This document shows positions 45,534 to 55,608 of a stretch of DNA of 64,000 nt, in pieces; the stretch's first letter is position 1, and every line of letters begins with the position of its first letter. The notes under the pieces were generated by a model. It did no database searches and was not told the DNA's origin. It saw only the letters and a list, made by a program, of their open reading frames with translations. Source of the DNA: a virus (Duplodnaviria > Heunggongvirae > Uroviricota > Caudoviricetes); IMG/VR virus record IMGVR_UViG_3300042870_001966, one strand, 5' to 3'. Made by a program: the position numbers and the translations under genes.

Positions 45534-45830
45534 ATGCATAATAATAAAATTTTAAGTTTCGAAGAATTCGTTCAACAAGGAACAGGCGAAATGGGTCAGG
45601 AAATGGGCCACGAAATGGACCATACTGCTGAAATGCCACAGGGCGGAGAAGATCAAGCACTATTACCAGCACCAGCTGAAGAAGTAGAAGGCGGAGAAAC
45701 TGAACACAACGTTCCAAACCACATGCAAGATGATTCAGAAGAAGGAACTTCTGACAATGAACCTAATATTGAAGTTGAAACATCAGCTAACGATATTGAA
45801 GCACACACCGACGAAAACGGCGGATTCTAA
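45534..45830 (+). CDS. acidic His/Glu/Met-rich protein
   Basis: Weak CTS-like LSFEEFV. Confidence 0.4.
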   Translation: MHNNKILSFEEFVQQGTGEMGQEMGHEMDHTAEMPQGGEDQALLPAPAEEVEGGETEHNVPNHMQDDSEEGTSDNEPNIEVETSANDIEAHTDENGGF

Positions 45831-45851
45831 AAAACTTTTCTTGCTAATCAA

Positions 45852-46244
45852 ATGAGCGGTAGAACTAGAAATAACCAAGATGTCGATACTATGATGAACG
45901 ACATACTTGATGCGCTCGACGTAATCAAGGCCAAATTGCCAAATGGCGAACTTAAGATAATTCAAGAGAGAATGGAAGGTTTAGAATCTTCCCAAGAGGA
46001 CATGCACGAAGATCTGAGACAGATCAAAAAGCAGCTGCTTGATCCTGAAGACGGTATTGTCGTTAGAGTAAATAAGAACACTGAATTTCGTAAAAGGAAG
46101 GAAGAGGAGGCTAGAATTTATCAAGTAATATTGGATGAACATAAGGAGCTTATGTCATGGAAATCTACTGTAACTAAAATACTATGGATTATAGTAACGG
46201 CAGTTGTCGGAATTGCAGTGGGTATGATTTTTAAGTCAAATTAA
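45852..46244 (+). CDS. coiled-coil protein with C-terminal TM helix
   Basis: Terminator follows. Confidence 0.45.
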   Translation: MSGRTRNNQDVDTMMNDILDALDVIKAKLPNGELKIIQERMEGLESSQEDMHEDLRQIKKQLLDPEDGIVVRVNKNTEFRKRKEEEARIYQVILDEHKELMSWKSTVTKILWIIVTAVVGIAVGMIFKSN

Positions 46245-46254
46245 CGATTCATCA

Positions 46255-46300
46255 TTTTTTTTTTTTGAAGTCTCACTTTTGTGGGACTTTTTTTGTTTTT
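46255..46300 (+). terminator. rho-independent terminator
   Basis: T-run, GTCTCAC..GTGGGAC hairpin, T-run. Confidence 0.5.
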
Positions 46301-46337
46301 ATTAGTATATTATAAGTAATAAACAAAAAATATACTT

Positions 46338-46610
46338 ATGGCAACATTCGAAGTAGACGTAGACGTTTCTGATATCTTATCGGAATTATCATCTCGTGAA
46401 AAGCGAGAAATGTACGAAGATTTAAAAGAAGAACTTGAAGAGGACGATGTTTCAAAAAATCCTGAGGATCTATTTAACAGCGGCACCTCCTACATGGAAC
46501 AGGAAATTGGAAAGGCTTTGGCTTGGATGTGGGAATACCGCAATATGCTGACGACCTCTCAAAGAAACCGAATCCTAGCAATCACAAAAGAAAACTTCGT
46601 TGAGCAATGA
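46338..46610 (+). CDS. hypothetical protein
   Basis: ORF only. Confidence 0.4.
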   Translation: MATFEVDVDVSDILSELSSREKREMYEDLKEELEEDDVSKNPEDLFNSGTSYMEQEIGKALAWMWEYRNMLTTSQRNRILAITKENFVEQ

Positions 46611-46852
46611 AATACTACACTAGTCTCTTAATCGTGGCTTTGTTGGTAACAAGCTGCGGTTATAACAAACCGGAACCAATTCGAATTGAAAAGTACAAGG
46701 TGGTACGTACCTTTAAAAAGACCCCAATATCAATTCACGATGAAATGTCTCCACGATATAGAGCAGTATTGACGAATGGAGATACGGTTGCATGCAGAGA
46801 ACACTGCAAGGCTGGAGACACAATAACATTTGAATATTATGGGACTAGATAA
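46607..46852 (+). CDS. lipoprotein
   Basis: LLVTSCG lipobox. Confidence 0.4.
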   Translation: MKYYTSLLIVALLVTSCGYNKPEPIRIEKYKVVRTFKKTPISIHDEMSPRYRAVLTNGDTVACREHCKAGDTITFEYYGTR

Positions 46853-47051
46853 AATAGACTACAAAGAAGACTTGTATGAGGCAGTGCTTATTAAGCAAGC
46901 ATACGACTTCATGAGTTCAGGCAAAGAAAATATAATAGTCTTTTTTGAAGAGAATTGCAACGGCCCAATTTTCCAGGAAATGGTAAGATTAAATGGAGCA
47001 AAGAGCGTTATCAACGACTTAGTAGACACAATTAACAATTTAAACTCGTAA
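46830..47051 (+). CDS. hypothetical protein
   Basis: ORF only. Confidence 0.35.
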   Translation: MNIMGLDKIDYKEDLYEAVLIKQAYDFMSSGKENIIVFFEENCNGPIFQEMVRLNGAKSVINDLVDTINNLNS

Positions 47052-47053
47052 AC

Positions 47054-47395
47054 ATGAAAAATTTATTTTTATCGATGGTATGTGCAATTATCACCATCTC
47101 AGCAAGTGCACAAATGCCGATAATAACGGCAGAAAATTCAAAGACCGTATTTGTTGATAAACCTGGAAAATGGTTAATCTATCAAACTGGAGAAATTGTA
47201 GAATTACCTGAATCAGCGGATGCTCGCAAAATATTGGTAGAGTGCGCAGATCAAGGCTGTTTTGGCTGGGTTGTTGAAAACTTGGAAGGTCAACAGTGCT
47301 ACGTAACGATTACTGACGAAGGTGTTAAATTTCGCCACTCAAGAAAACCTATCGCTTCAAAGAAGGCTGACGGTTTAACGACCTCAGTTAATTAA
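47054..47395 (+). CDS. secreted protein
   Basis: Signal peptide ..SASAQ. Confidence 0.4.
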   Translation: MKNLFLSMVCAIITISASAQMPIITAENSKTVFVDKPGKWLIYQTGEIVELPESADARKILVECADQGCFGWVVENLEGQQCYVTITDEGVKFRHSRKPIASKKADGLTTSVN

Positions 47396-47413
47396 AAAAA
47401 AAATCCATTAATT

Positions 47414-47662
47414 ATGGCCGCAAGAAGTAACCAACCTGGGGATATTATTGTCTGGATAGAAAATATTATTGCATCATGCACGCATCCCATGCAGGAAAGT
47501 GTTGCTAGAAAGTTAATTGATCTATTTGACAAAAAGCTCGAAAGAACAAAGTATCCAACCAGTTTAAGAATACTTATTTACCGTAACCTTAGAGATAAGA
47601 TTGACGATAAAATGTACGACCGAATACAAAAAAATCTAGAAAACAATGCCGACTTTAATTAA
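47414..47662 (+). CDS. hypothetical protein
   Basis: ORF only. Confidence 0.35.
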   Translation: MAARSNQPGDIIVWIENIIASCTHPMQESVARKLIDLFDKKLERTKYPTSLRILIYRNLRDKIDDKMYDRIQKNLENNADFN

Positions 47663-47942
47663 AATACACCCAGACGGACGAGAAGAGTTCAAAGAACGAG
47701 GAGCTCGAGTTGAAGCAATCGCATGGAACGAAGATCGTACCTACAAAGAGGTAGTTGACTCAATTCCAGTAGTTGGATGCTCTCTCCTAGTTGGATCAGT
47801 TACTGCCAGATCCTATTCAGCTCAAGACTATTGGTTGACTACTGTAGTAACTGAAATTCTAGAAGAGCGCAAAGACTCGGACGGCAGGTTTGAGTTTGTA
47901 AAATTTAAAACAGAAAATTCAGTATATGAGCTCAGAGGATAA
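47646..47942 (+). CDS. hypothetical protein
   Basis: ORF only. Confidence 0.35.
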   Translation: MPTLIKIHPDGREEFKERGARVEAIAWNEDRTYKEVVDSIPVVGCSLLVGSVTARSYSAQDYWLTTVVTEILEERKDSDGRFEFVKFKTENSVYELRG

Positions 47943-48183
47943 AACCGTCCAGGACATTACTCACGGAATAGTTGCAGTAAGACGAGACGATAAAAAGAAT
48001 GAAATGTACGTTCTGCATTTTTGTGGGTTCTTTGAAGAGCCTAGCGCTGCAGACTACGACCACCTACGAAAAGAATTAGAAGAGGATCCTGAATTTGGAT
48101 TAACTGATCAGGAATTTGAATTAATCGCAGCGACTCCTCAAATGCTGGAGTACGTCAAAAATGATGCAAATCAAGGTAACTAA
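47926..48183 (+). CDS. hypothetical protein
   Basis: ORF only. Confidence 0.35.
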   Translation: MSSEDKTVQDITHGIVAVRRDDKKNEMYVLHFCGFFEEPSAADYDHLRKELEEDPEFGLTDQEFELIAATPQMLEYVKNDANQGN

Positions 48184-48755
48184 TGAAGGTAATTTTTTTA
48201 GACCATGATGGAGTTATTTGCCTAGCTACTGAATGGGGAAGTCGATTTAAGAAGACTAAAAGGTCTAAGACTGCGATGCAAATTAATACTAAAGACAATC
48301 CAGTTGAGTTTAGATTTGACAACTTTAATCAGAAAGCAGTTTCAATACTTAACGATATTATAAAGCAGACTGATGCTGAAATTGTAGTAAGTTCAGATTG
48401 GACACGTTGGGCGACCGTTGAAGAAATGGGCGAGTATTATGAATCAAAGGGCATCTGTAAAAAGCCGATCGCATTTACCCCAGACCTAAAGGACTGTACT
48501 GTGCATGGAAGTATTTTTATCTGGTCACCGGATTGGGATCTTGAACAAGTAAGATCTATTGAAATTAAGCAGTACTTACACGATCATCCTGAAATAACTC
48601 ATTGGGTTGCAATTGACGACTTAAACATGGGTAAAAGCGGCGAGAGTTGGAAAGATGTGTGGGCCTTAGATAATTTCGTACTTACACCAAAGCGAATGGA
48701 AGGCATTAAGCAGTCTGGAATAAAGGATAAAATCTTAAAATTTTTAAAGGATTAA
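48183..48755 (+). CDS. HAD-family phosphatase, Pnk 3'-phosphatase-domain-like
   Basis: VIFLDHDGVI (DxDG nucleophile motif) and WVAIDD motif resemble T4 Pnk VIFDVDGTL / LAIDD. Confidence 0.5.
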   Translation: MKVIFLDHDGVICLATEWGSRFKKTKRSKTAMQINTKDNPVEFRFDNFNQKAVSILNDIIKQTDAEIVVSSDWTRWATVEEMGEYYESKGICKKPIAFTPDLKDCTVHGSIFIWSPDWDLEQVRSIEIKQYLHDHPEITHWVAIDDLNMGKSGESWKDVWALDNFVLTPKRMEGIKQSGIKDKILKFLKD

Positions 48756-48780
48756 GAGTACAATATAAAAAACAAATACT

Positions 48781-49029
48781 ATGTCAGAAAACACAAATGC
48801 CGAACTTGGATTAATCCAAACAATAGCTAGAACTGGTGCAATCGAAACAGTTCAAGCCCTAGCACTTGCTCAACAAATGGGAATGGTCAATTCACAAGAA
48901 GAATTAACTGAATTAATTGCAGCAGGAATGGAGACGATCCTTGAAGAATACGTTCAACAAATAGAAAACCAATCTAAAATTATCCTAAATGAAGCTGGAA
49001 GTATTCGAGAAGGTAATAAACCAAATTAA
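48781..49029 (+). CDS. hypothetical protein
   Basis: ORF only. Confidence 0.3.
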   Translation: MSENTNAELGLIQTIARTGAIETVQALALAQQMGMVNSQEELTELIAAGMETILEEYVQQIENQSKIILNEAGSIREGNKPN

Positions 49030-49372
49030 AGAACAAGACGAAAAAATCAGTGCCCTGTACAAAATGGGAGTTGATTTAATCGAGTTTAGCGATTCATATT
49101 CGTCATTACGGTCTCTACTGCTTAGAGCCTATTATGGAGAAGAAGGCGAAGACTGGATTTCGTGGTTTCTTTATGAAAGAGACAGTTCAGTAGGAGCCGA
49201 TCCTAATCAAGCATGGGACAAAGATGGAACACCTATTTGTTACGATATTCCAAGTTTATGGAAATGTGTTGAGGAGAGTCGATGTTCAACTGATTTTGTT
49301 GAATATGAGCTTCCTAAATCAAGAGCGACCGCTGATGATTTGTTAAATCATATAGTAAACGGACTAGGTTAA
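48989..49372 (+). CDS. hypothetical protein
   Basis: ORF only. Confidence 0.4.
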   Translation: MKLEVFEKVINQIKEQDEKISALYKMGVDLIEFSDSYSSLRSLLLRAYYGEEGEDWISWFLYERDSSVGADPNQAWDKDGTPICYDIPSLWKCVEESRCSTDFVEYELPKSRATADDLLNHIVNGLG

Positions 49373-49395
49373 TAAATTAGTAGTATAATAATCTT

Positions 49396-49839
49396 ATGAA
49401 AACACACAATTCAGATAGAGTCGGTGCTATTAAACATAGAGCTAAGCGCATTTTTCAAAGAGTCGGTATTAAAATGACCCGATTATTTAATCCACTTGAT
49501 GTAATAAGAGCTGAAGAAAATTCATCGGATCGAGATGCCTCAATTCTTTTTAGAAAGATGATTTTACAAAAGGACAGCGAATTACTAATAAGTCCAATTA
49601 GCAACCGATACTTTGTAAAAAATGATGCAAATAACATCCTATTAATCTTAGAAGAATACGAATTAGTTATTATTAATCATGTATTTGGATACAACATTAA
49701 ACTTTCACAAAAGGCTTACCGTCAATTATACACAGCTTTCGTAAATGAAGTGGAGGACCGTAGAAAGCAGATGGAAAGAACTTTTAGTAAAAATGTAAAG
49801 CACTCATTACAAACGTTAATTCAAAGATTAGATGACTAA
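49396..49839 (+). CDS. hypothetical protein
   Basis: Promoter motif upstream. Confidence 0.4.
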   Translation: MKTHNSDRVGAIKHRAKRIFQRVGIKMTRLFNPLDVIRAEENSSDRDASILFRKMILQKDSELLISPISNRYFVKNDANNILLILEEYELVIINHVFGYNIKLSQKAYRQLYTAFVNEVEDRRKQMERTFSKNVKHSLQTLIQRLDD

Positions 49840-50098
49840 ATACACAAAACTATCACTACTTGGACTATCTCCAGTTATTACGATCATACTAATGGTTGCT
49901 ATTGGAACTGTATTAGCTAGATCAAGAAACTCTAAAGAAGTTCCATTCGCGAGCTCTTCTAAAATTGACACAGTTTACGTTGAAAAGCGAGTTGAGGTTG
50001 AAGTAAAGCCTGACACCGTATATTTTATTAAACCTTGTAAAAAATCACATTGCGATACAGAATCAGTTAAACCCCCAAAAATAGACTCAATACAATAA
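49832..50098 (+). CDS. membrane protein
   Basis: N-terminal TM helix. Confidence 0.35.
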   Translation: MTKYTKLSLLGLSPVITIILMVAIGTVLARSRNSKEVPFASSSKIDTVYVEKRVEVEVKPDTVYFIKPCKKSHCDTESVKPPKIDSIQ

Positions 50099-50721
50099 TG
50101 GAAGTAAAATTCGCAGATACATTCGGAGATAGCTTAAAGCGTCTCAGGTGGCATGAAAGTAAAATTTATAAATTCTACTCGTTTTTTCGGTACGATATCG
50201 GGCGTTTCGTTAAAAACGTTTGGCGTTTTAAAAAGGCACTAAACGGTCATTACTGGTGGGACCATCATGGCTCTCTACAGTTCATGGAGATTGCGTTAAC
50301 TCACATAGCTGACAATCTTGAGAAGCGAGGTCTTGAAGTAGACGGGCCTAGGCTAAAGAAGGTTGCTAAGATGCGTAGAGCAGTTGAACTTATTAAGAAT
50401 TACAATCAAGATAATTATATTGAAATGGCTGAGGCTGAACTGGGCGAAATTATTCATCATGAATGGGAGTTCGAAGCGGTTCCAGACAAACCTGGATATT
50501 CTCAATTAGTCGACAACGATACTCCAGAGGAAAAAGAGCACAATCGTAAAGTTTTCAATAGAGCACGTGAAATCGAAGATACTGAATGGTCTGAACTATG
50601 GGCCATCTTACAAGGGCAAAACCGAACTCAATTTACCATGTTTGCAGACAAGTCAACTGACAAAGATTCAGCTTGGGACAATTGGTTTGATGGATCAGGT
50701 ATGAAAGGTTGGTGGGATTAA
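50098..50721 (+). CDS. hypothetical protein
   Basis: ORF only. Confidence 0.45.
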   Translation: MEVKFADTFGDSLKRLRWHESKIYKFYSFFRYDIGRFVKNVWRFKKALNGHYWWDHHGSLQFMEIALTHIADNLEKRGLEVDGPRLKKVAKMRRAVELIKNYNQDNYIEMAEAELGEIIHHEWEFEAVPDKPGYSQLVDNDTPEEKEHNRKVFNRAREIEDTEWSELWAILQGQNRTQFTMFADKSTDKDSAWDNWFDGSGMKGWWD

Positions 50722-50732
50722 CACTTAAAAAG

Positions 50733-50743
50733 AGTATAATAAC
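50733..50743 (+). promoter_or_regulatory. AGTATAATAAC motif upstream of Clp ATPase
   Basis: Same motif. Confidence 0.45.
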
Positions 50744-50748
50744 TGTAT

Positions 50749-52731
50749 ATGGCAAAACAAAACAACAAAACCGGAAAAACTCCAATGCTCGATTCGTTCG
50801 GGAAAGATCTTACTCAATTAGCTATTGAGGGAAAGTTAGATCCAGTCGTTGGTAGGGAAAAAGAAATAAAGCGTTGCAGTCAAATACTCGCACGTAGAAA
50901 AAAGAACAATCCTCTCTTGATTGGAGAGCCTGGAGTTGGTAAAACTGCCATCGTCGAAGGTCTTGCAAAAATGATCATTGACAAAACTTGTCCACGAGTT
51001 CTATTCGATAAAAAGATCGTTACTCTTGAGCTTGCGAATTTAGTAGCAGGTACAAAGTACAGAGGTCAATTCGAAGAGCGAATGGAACAAATAATTGACG
51101 AAGTTCAACAAAATCCGCATGTTATCCTATTCATAGATGAGATTCATACCCTAATTGGAGCTGGCTCAGCTAGCGGATCATTGGATGCGGCGAATATCCT
51201 GAAACCTGCACTTTCTCGTGGACAGATTCAGTGTATTGGTGCAACAACGCTTGACGAATTTAGAGGATCTATTGAAAAAGATGGTGCCCTGAATCGTAGA
51301 TTTCAGCAAGTGATGGTAGATCCATCTACGCCAGAACAAGCTCGCCAGATCATCCAGAATATACGCCAGAAGTACGAAGACCATCACTCAGTAAGATACA
51401 CTGACGAAGCACTTGATGCTTGCGTTACCTACAGTGATCGATACTTACAGGACAGATTTCTACCGGATAAAGCGATTGACTTAATGGACGAAGCTGGCTC
51501 AGCAGTTCACATAAACGGAGTAGTTGTACCTGAAGAAATTAAGTCACTTGAGGTAAAATTAGTTGAGGTAAGCGAACGCAAACAAAAGGCAGTAGATGGA
51601 CAACAGTACGAAGCGGCTGCTAAATTGAGAGACGAAGCACTTAAGGTAATGTCAGAAATTGACGAAGAAAAATCAAAATGGGAAGAATCATTAAAGGTGA
51701 ATCGCCTAAATGTTTCAGAAGAAGATATCGCATCAGTAGTTGCCGCAATTACTGGAATTCCAATTACTAGACTCAAAGGTTCTGAGCTTGAAAGACTTGC
51801 TAATATGGCAAGCTGGTTAAAGGATCGAGTAATCGGTCAGCCTGAAGCAGTGGTCAAATTAACAAAAGCAATCCAGCGATCAAGAGCAGGGCTTAAGTCT
51901 AAAAATAGACCAATTGGGACTTTCATGTTCCTCGGCCCAACTGGTGTTGGTAAAACCGAATTGGCAAAGCAGCTTGCAAAATTCATGTTCGACTCAGAGG
52001 ACTCGTTAATCAGAATAGACATGACTGAGTTTGGAGAAAAATTTACGTCGACTAAATTAATAGGAGCTCCTCCAGGATACGTTGGATACGATGAAGGTGG
52101 TCAGCTTACTGAGAGAGTTAAGCGTAAACCCTATTCAGTAGTTCTATTGGACGAGGTCGAAAAAGCTCATCCTGATATTTTTCACACTCTACTTCAAGTA
52201 TTGGATGAAGGCCATTTAACTGATGGGCTTGGTCGTAAAATAGATTTTAAAAATACTGTGATTATTATGACTTCTAATTTGGGAGTTAAGGAATTGCAAG
52301 ATTTTGGAGGAGGTATTGGATTCTCGTCAGCTGTTGATCAATTTGAAAAGCAGAAAGAGATCGCAGCAAGCGTTCTAAAGAAGGCTGTTAGTAAGCAGTT
52401 TGCACCAGAGTTTATCAATCGACTAGATGATATTATTATCTTCGAGACTCTTAAGAAAGAAGATATTACTAAGATCGTTGAAATTGAACTTTTAGACCTG
52501 TATGCTAGAGTTAAGGAAAATGGATACACTGTTGAGTTGACTAAACAGGCAAAAGAATTCTTAATTGAAAATGGCTATGACCCTAAATTTGGAGCTCGTC
52601 CACTAAAGAGAGTTATTCAAAATCACGTAGAAGATCTTATAGCAGAGGCCTTTATCGACGGAAAGATTAAAGATGGTGATAAATTGGTGATTACTCATAA
52701 AGCCAAAGAAGAAAACTTATCATTTAAGTAA
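50749..52731 (+). CDS. ClpA/ClpC-like AAA+ ATPase (two nucleotide-binding domains, no N-domain)
   Basis: GEPGVGKTAIVEGLA (D1) and GPTGVGKTELAKQLA (D2) Walker A motifs. Confidence 0.8.
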   Translation: MAKQNNKTGKTPMLDSFGKDLTQLAIEGKLDPVVGREKEIKRCSQILARRKKNNPLLIGEPGVGKTAIVEGLAKMIIDKTCPRVLFDKKIVTLELANLVAGTKYRGQFEERMEQIIDEVQQNPHVILFIDEIHTLIGAGSASGSLDAANILKPALSRGQIQCIGATTLDEFRGSIEKDGALNRRFQQVMVDPSTPEQARQIIQNIRQKYEDHHSVRYTDEALDACVTYSDRYLQDRFLPDKAIDLMDEAGSAVHINGVVVPEEIKSLEVKLVEVSERKQKAVDGQQYEAAAKLRDEALKVMSEIDEEKSKWEESLKVNRLNVSEEDIASVVAAITGIPITRLKGSELERLANMASWLKDRVIGQPEAVVKLTKAIQRSRAGLKSKNRPIGTFMFLGPTGVGKTELAKQLAKFMFDSEDSLIRIDMTEFGEKFTSTKLIGAPPGYVGYDEGGQLTERVKRKPYSVVLLDEVEKAHPDIFHTLLQVLDEGHLTDGLGRKIDFKNTVIIMTSNLGVKELQDFGGGIGFSSAVDQFEKQKEIAASVLKKAVSKQFAPEFINRLDDIIIFETLKKEDITKIVEIELLDLYARVKENGYTVELTKQAKEFLIENGYDPKFGARPLKRVIQNHVEDLIAEAFIDGKIKDGDKLVITHKAKEENLSFK

Positions 52732-52768
52732 ACGTCTGCAGATAAATAATCAAAAATAACCATACATA

Positions 52769-53737
52769 ATGGGAAGATTTGGTAAAAACAGAGTGCCTAA
52801 TTTCATGAAAGGTAAAGAAGATGCAATTGGCGCTAATCCAAGAGTAGCTGATGAAAATTTGGATGAAATGCATCCAGTAGAAATAGTTTCATTGGGAGAT
52901 CATGGAGACGACCATGCAATGATCGTTATTAGAAGTAAATCAGGTGAAGAGCTTGAGCTTAGATTCGACTATGACGGTAACGGCATGCTAACGGCAATGC
53001 ACGGAGATCATGAGTACTCTATTCCAGTAGAACTTGAAGTTGTATCTGATGAAATTGACGAAAAACTTAAAGGTAAACAAAAGAACTTAGATAAGAATCG
53101 AAATGGAAAAATTGATTCAGGCGATTTTAAATTACTTAATAAGTCGAAAGAGGATACTGAAGGTAAAGCTTCTAACACATTTGAAAATTTCGTTAATGAG
53201 TGTTGGTCACCAATGACCGAAGGCTACAGCCCAGCAATGTCAGAAGAAGCACAGAATGCAGTTAAATCAGTATGCGAAGAAATTCTAATTAAAGAGGCTC
53301 AAATGTGCGATGAAGACGCAGATCCTAACCATACATACGAGAATTACTTAAATGAAGTTGGCTCGTACATGAGTAAGTGTATGATGGAAGCAGCGGCTGA
53401 GGTTGATGTGGAAGAGCCGATTAACGAAAGAGCTATTCAATATCCAAAGGCTGGAGGAAAATGGGTAACACCAGATGCGAGTAAATACGTAGTATATGTA
53501 GGAAAAACCCCATATAAAGTAACGGTGAAGTCTCCGATCTACAGCGGCCCTATCATTATTCAACACATAGACGGTCCAAAAGAAGGTTGGATGGGAAATT
53601 ACTATACGGTAACTGATAGTAAAGGACAAACTAAAGACTTTGATGAAAGCGAAATTGCTGCACTTGTTAAAAAAGAAGGAAGTAATGTTATTGAACTAGG
53701 CGGAGCATTAGGCAAAGCTATTTTTACTAAAGCTTAA
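52769..53737 (+). CDS. acidic hypothetical protein
   Basis: ATAAATAA upstream. Confidence 0.5.
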   Translation: MGRFGKNRVPNFMKGKEDAIGANPRVADENLDEMHPVEIVSLGDHGDDHAMIVIRSKSGEELELRFDYDGNGMLTAMHGDHEYSIPVELEVVSDEIDEKLKGKQKNLDKNRNGKIDSGDFKLLNKSKEDTEGKASNTFENFVNECWSPMTEGYSPAMSEEAQNAVKSVCEEILIKEAQMCDEDADPNHTYENYLNEVGSYMSKCMMEAAAEVDVEEPINERAIQYPKAGGKWVTPDASKYVVYVGKTPYKVTVKSPIYSGPIIIQHIDGPKEGWMGNYYTVTDSKGQTKDFDESEIAALVKKEGSNVIELGGALGKAIFTKA

Positions 53738-53759
53738 ATTCATAATTAAATATAAAACT

Positions 53760-53787
53760 AAAGCTCGGAACATTCCGAGCTTTTTTA
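53760..53787 (+). terminator. rho-independent terminator
   Basis: AAGCTCGGAacaTTCCGAGCTT followed by TTTTTT. Confidence 0.65.
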
Positions 53788-53817
53788 TTTAGGTTAGGCC
53801 GTGAATAAATAATCAAT

Positions 53818-54075
53818 ATGGACAATCCACATAATAATAAAATGTCATCTGGTGAAATTACTGTACCAGCCAGTTCATTTCAACAAAGAACTGATATGAA
53901 TATTCAACCTACTCCAGTAAATGTGGCTGTGGGTGGGCTTCCTCAGCACTGGTTGAATACAGCGCCGTATTCTAAGCGAGATATGACAACTAATTCGACT
54001 CCATCCAGAATCGGCTCAAATCCTAGAGTTTATAAAGTCCTACGATTTAACGAGTATATGGAATCTAATAAATAA
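53818..54075 (+). CDS. hypothetical protein
   Basis: ORF after terminator. Confidence 0.35.
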   Translation: MDNPHNNKMSSGEITVPASSFQQRTDMNIQPTPVNVAVGGLPQHWLNTAPYSKRDMTTNSTPSRIGSNPRVYKVLRFNEYMESNK

Positions 54076-54090
54076 TAAAAAGTAACTACT

Positions 54091-54456
54091 ATGAGTAACA
54101 AAATTTTAAACTTCGACGATTTTCATAAAGGGTCTAACTTAAGCGATCCCAAGAAACATGCAACGGCCTCAAAACCTGATCAAGTTAAGAAAGAAAAAAC
54201 AATTGATCAAGTTAAGAGTGCTGATCTATCTCAAGTTAAGGTAACTGAGCCTGATTACACGAAAGTATCTAAAACTCCTATTCAAGAGAGCTCAGCTGAT
54301 ACTCAAGCACAGATCGATATAATTAATCAGACCAAAGCACTTAGGGACCAAGTCGCAGCTGCTGCAACTGATGCAGAAAAGATTCAGCTATTGACTAAAA
54401 TCAAGCAGATTGAACAACAAGCTGAGCAGAAAGCAAAGGCTACTAAGACTGCATAA
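54091..54456 (+). CDS. hypothetical protein (weak CTS-like N-terminus ILNFDDF)
   Basis: ORF only. Confidence 0.4.
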   Translation: MSNKILNFDDFHKGSNLSDPKKHATASKPDQVKKEKTIDQVKSADLSQVKVTEPDYTKVSKTPIQESSADTQAQIDIINQTKALRDQVAAAATDAEKIQLLTKIKQIEQQAEQKAKATKTA

Positions 54457-54470
54457 AATTACTTAACGAA

Positions 54471-55211
54471 ATGACGTTAGACGAGTTAATATTAGACATC
54501 CAGGATGAATTAACGTTTGCAAAAGCGCTACCTTATTCTATTCCAGAACCAGAGATTAAACGTATCATCACTAATTCTGAGAGATATTTTTATGATAACT
54601 GGAAACATGCAGTTGAACCGCGATATTTACTGATTCCTCAAGAAGTTTTTACGTCTACTGGATTTAAGCAGCACAGAACGATTCAGTTACCTGAGTGCGT
54701 AGGTTTCGTTCATGATGTTAAGCAGCCCAATTCTTCAGGCTCAATGTTTGGAACAATGGATGCGGATTTTGCGGATAATAAGTTCATTGGGTCAGAGGTA
54801 TTTTTAACACCATTCATTGGGGAATCTATTATGTACAGAACGATTATCTTCTCGTTTCTTGACCTAGTTAAAGGCTTTACCATTGACACTTTTGCATACG
54901 ACTACAATAAGAATACTCGAAAACTAACAATACTCGGAAGAACCCCTAGACAAAACGGTATTGTTCTAACGATCGCTAAGAAAATCCCAGCTGATGATCT
55001 GTATAATGATGAATTGTTTCAAAGATACGTAAGAGCAAAGGCTAAATTGAGACTTGGTGATCTGTTAACGACATTCGATTATAATCTTCCAGGCGGAATC
55101 AAACCTAACTACACAAATCTAGTCACTAAAGCTGAAAATGAGCTTACTCAAGTACTTGAAATGATGAAAGGCGAAAATACTCCAGACTTCTTGTACTTTG
55201 CAAGATGGTAA
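54471..55211 (+). CDS. hypothetical protein
   Basis: ORF only. Confidence 0.5.
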   Translation: MTLDELILDIQDELTFAKALPYSIPEPEIKRIITNSERYFYDNWKHAVEPRYLLIPQEVFTSTGFKQHRTIQLPECVGFVHDVKQPNSSGSMFGTMDADFADNKFIGSEVFLTPFIGESIMYRTIIFSFLDLVKGFTIDTFAYDYNKNTRKLTILGRTPRQNGIVLTIAKKIPADDLYNDELFQRYVRAKAKLRLGDLLTTFDYNLPGGIKPNYTNLVTKAENELTQVLEMMKGENTPDFLYFARW

Positions 55212-55218
55212 TTAAGAC

Positions 55219-55608
55219 ATGGCAACACAACCAGTAGGAAAAGACCTATACTTACGAGCACCAGGCGATCCAAACTACCAAGAAGGTATTTATGAATCAA
55301 ATGACTCAATTGAAAATGCTCTTCAACAAATTAGAATGACGCTACTTACTAGAGCAGGTGAAGTTCTTGGGGAAGATATTGGATTCAATGCCGAAAAGTA
55401 TCTTTTTGAATTTGAGCAATCAGACATTAGCGCTATGGAAAAGGAGGCAAACGATCAAATTAATGAATATGTTTTATTCAGTCGACCTTACTCAATTGCA
55501 GCTAATGCATTTAAAATGGACGATATATCTGATCCATATAAAGTAGGATTAGGCTTGGACATTAAGATAGACGGACAGTCTGCGTTTGCTACAATGTTTG
55601 ACCTTTAA
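55219..55608 (+). CDS. hypothetical protein
   Basis: ORF only. Confidence 0.45.
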   Translation: MATQPVGKDLYLRAPGDPNYQEGIYESNDSIENALQQIRMTLLTRAGEVLGEDIGFNAEKYLFEFEQSDISAMEKEANDQINEYVLFSRPYSIAANAFKMDDISDPYKVGLGLDIKIDGQSAFATMFDL